DNA of 64,000 nucleotides from Nymphaea colorata (Eukaryota): NCBI RefSeq assembly GCF_008831285.2, contig NC_045138.2, positions 16,182,001 to 16,246,000 of the forward strand, read 5' to 3'. Shown piece by piece: positions 63,128 to 64,000 of this stretch (position 1 is its first letter; each line of letters starts with the position of its first letter). The notes under the pieces were generated by a model. It saw only the letters and a program-made list of their open reading frames with translations, ran no database searches and was not told where the DNA came from. The position numbers and the translations under genes were made by a program.

Positions 63128-64000
63128 ATGCTGTCTTCTTCATTCCCCAGACTCCTCTGCGCATTCCCCGGTTACCAACTTCGCCGTTTATCCGGGGTTA
63201 TCTCTCTACGACCCCGCCGACCATCCCGGCGGGGCTTTAACCGACTTTACGGTCTTCGCCACAATGACATCGTCTTCTGGACCAGCAAAATCTCACGGCT
63301 CTGTCGAGAAGGGCGCATTGACGAAGCGAGGGGTTTGTTTGATGCCATCCATGAACGAAATGTGGTTACTTGGAACGCTATGCTTTCTGGGTATTTGCGG
63401 TTCGGGAGAATTTCCGACGCCCGGAAAATGTTTGATGAAATGCCCGAACGAAATGTTGTGACGTGGACTGCCATGCTTTCTGGACTTGCATGCTTTGGAT
63501 CGATCGAATCTGCTAAATCCATTTTTGAGATGATGCCTCGTCGAAATTTAGTTTCGTGGAATGCCATGATCTCGGGGTTGGTTCGGAATGGCGACTTGGA
63601 GGGTGCACAAAGGCTGTTCGAAGAGATGCCTGAAAGAAATGTTGTGACTTGGAATGCAATGATTGTGGGTTATGCAGAGAATTCACAAATGAGAGAAGCG
63701 AGGAAATTGTTTGAGTCGATGCCAGAGTCTGATACTGCTAGCTGGACGAGTATGATTATGGGATACTTTCGAATTGGTGAAGTTGATGAAGCCTTCCGAT
63801 TGTTTTATCAGATGCCAGCAAGAACTGTTGTCTCCTGGACAGCTATGATCAGTGGCTGCGTTGCTAATGGTCTTTATGGTGATGCACTGCAGCTGTTCCT
63901 TTCCATGTTAAAAGAAGAAATCAATCCAAATGAAGCTACCTACGTCTGTCTCTTTTATGCATGTTCCAGTCTGAACTATCCTTCCCTTGGAATGCAGGTT
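63128..64000 (+). CDS. Pentatricopeptide repeat protein (PLS class, At1g32415-like), 5' part; runs off the window end
   Basis: An open frame runs from ATG 63128 to the window end (291 codons, no stop). An Arg/Ser-rich targeting-like N-terminus (MLSSSFPRLL..) is followed by repeats such as ERNVVTWNAMLSGY, ARKMFDEMPERNVVTWTAMLSG, RRNLVSWNAMISG and TVVSWTAMISG. Confidence 0.9.
   Translation, partial: MLSSSFPRLLCAFPGYQLRRLSGVISLRPRRPSRRGFNRLYGLRHNDIVFWTSKISRLCREGRIDEARGLFDAIHERNVVTWNAMLSGYLRFGRISDARKMFDEMPERNVVTWTAMLSGLACFGSIESAKSIFEMMPRRNLVSWNAMISGLVRNGDLEGAQRLFEEMPERNVVTWNAMIVGYAENSQMREARKLFESMPESDTASWTSMIMGYFRIGEVDEAFRLFYQMPARTVVSWTAMISGCVANGLYGDALQLFLSMLKEEINPNEATYVCLFYACSSLNYPSLGMQV

Overview
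This is AT-rich, intron-rich flowering-plant nuclear DNA, not prokaryotic sequence. Exon-intron structures were rebuilt by hand with splice-phase checks. In order, the window holds: the last 8 exons of an AMP deaminase (+); an intact NPF2-clade NRT1/PTR transporter (-) and its tandem pseudogene; a PTST2/FLO6-like CBM48 starch-targeting protein (+); a FEI-like LRR receptor kinase (-) whose model needs two consecutive GC-AG introns; a four-copy DUF1262 array (-) arranged A1-B1-A2(pseudo)-B2 from a tandem segmental duplication; a small RRM protein (-); an ILP1/GCFC splicing factor (-); and the 5' part of a PPR gene (+) that the ORF track misses. Introns and intergenic DNA carry hAT-like MITEs, decayed LINE fragments, SINE-like heads, local tandem duplications and microsatellites. 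The best candidate for an undescribed system is the DUF1262 array. Its C-terminal motifs resemble, from memory, Toxin_10/Bin-type beta pore-forming toxins. It was duplicated as an A+B pair, has a hypervariable N-terminal patch, and shows signs of gene conversion. All family assignments come from motif recognition; no database search was run.
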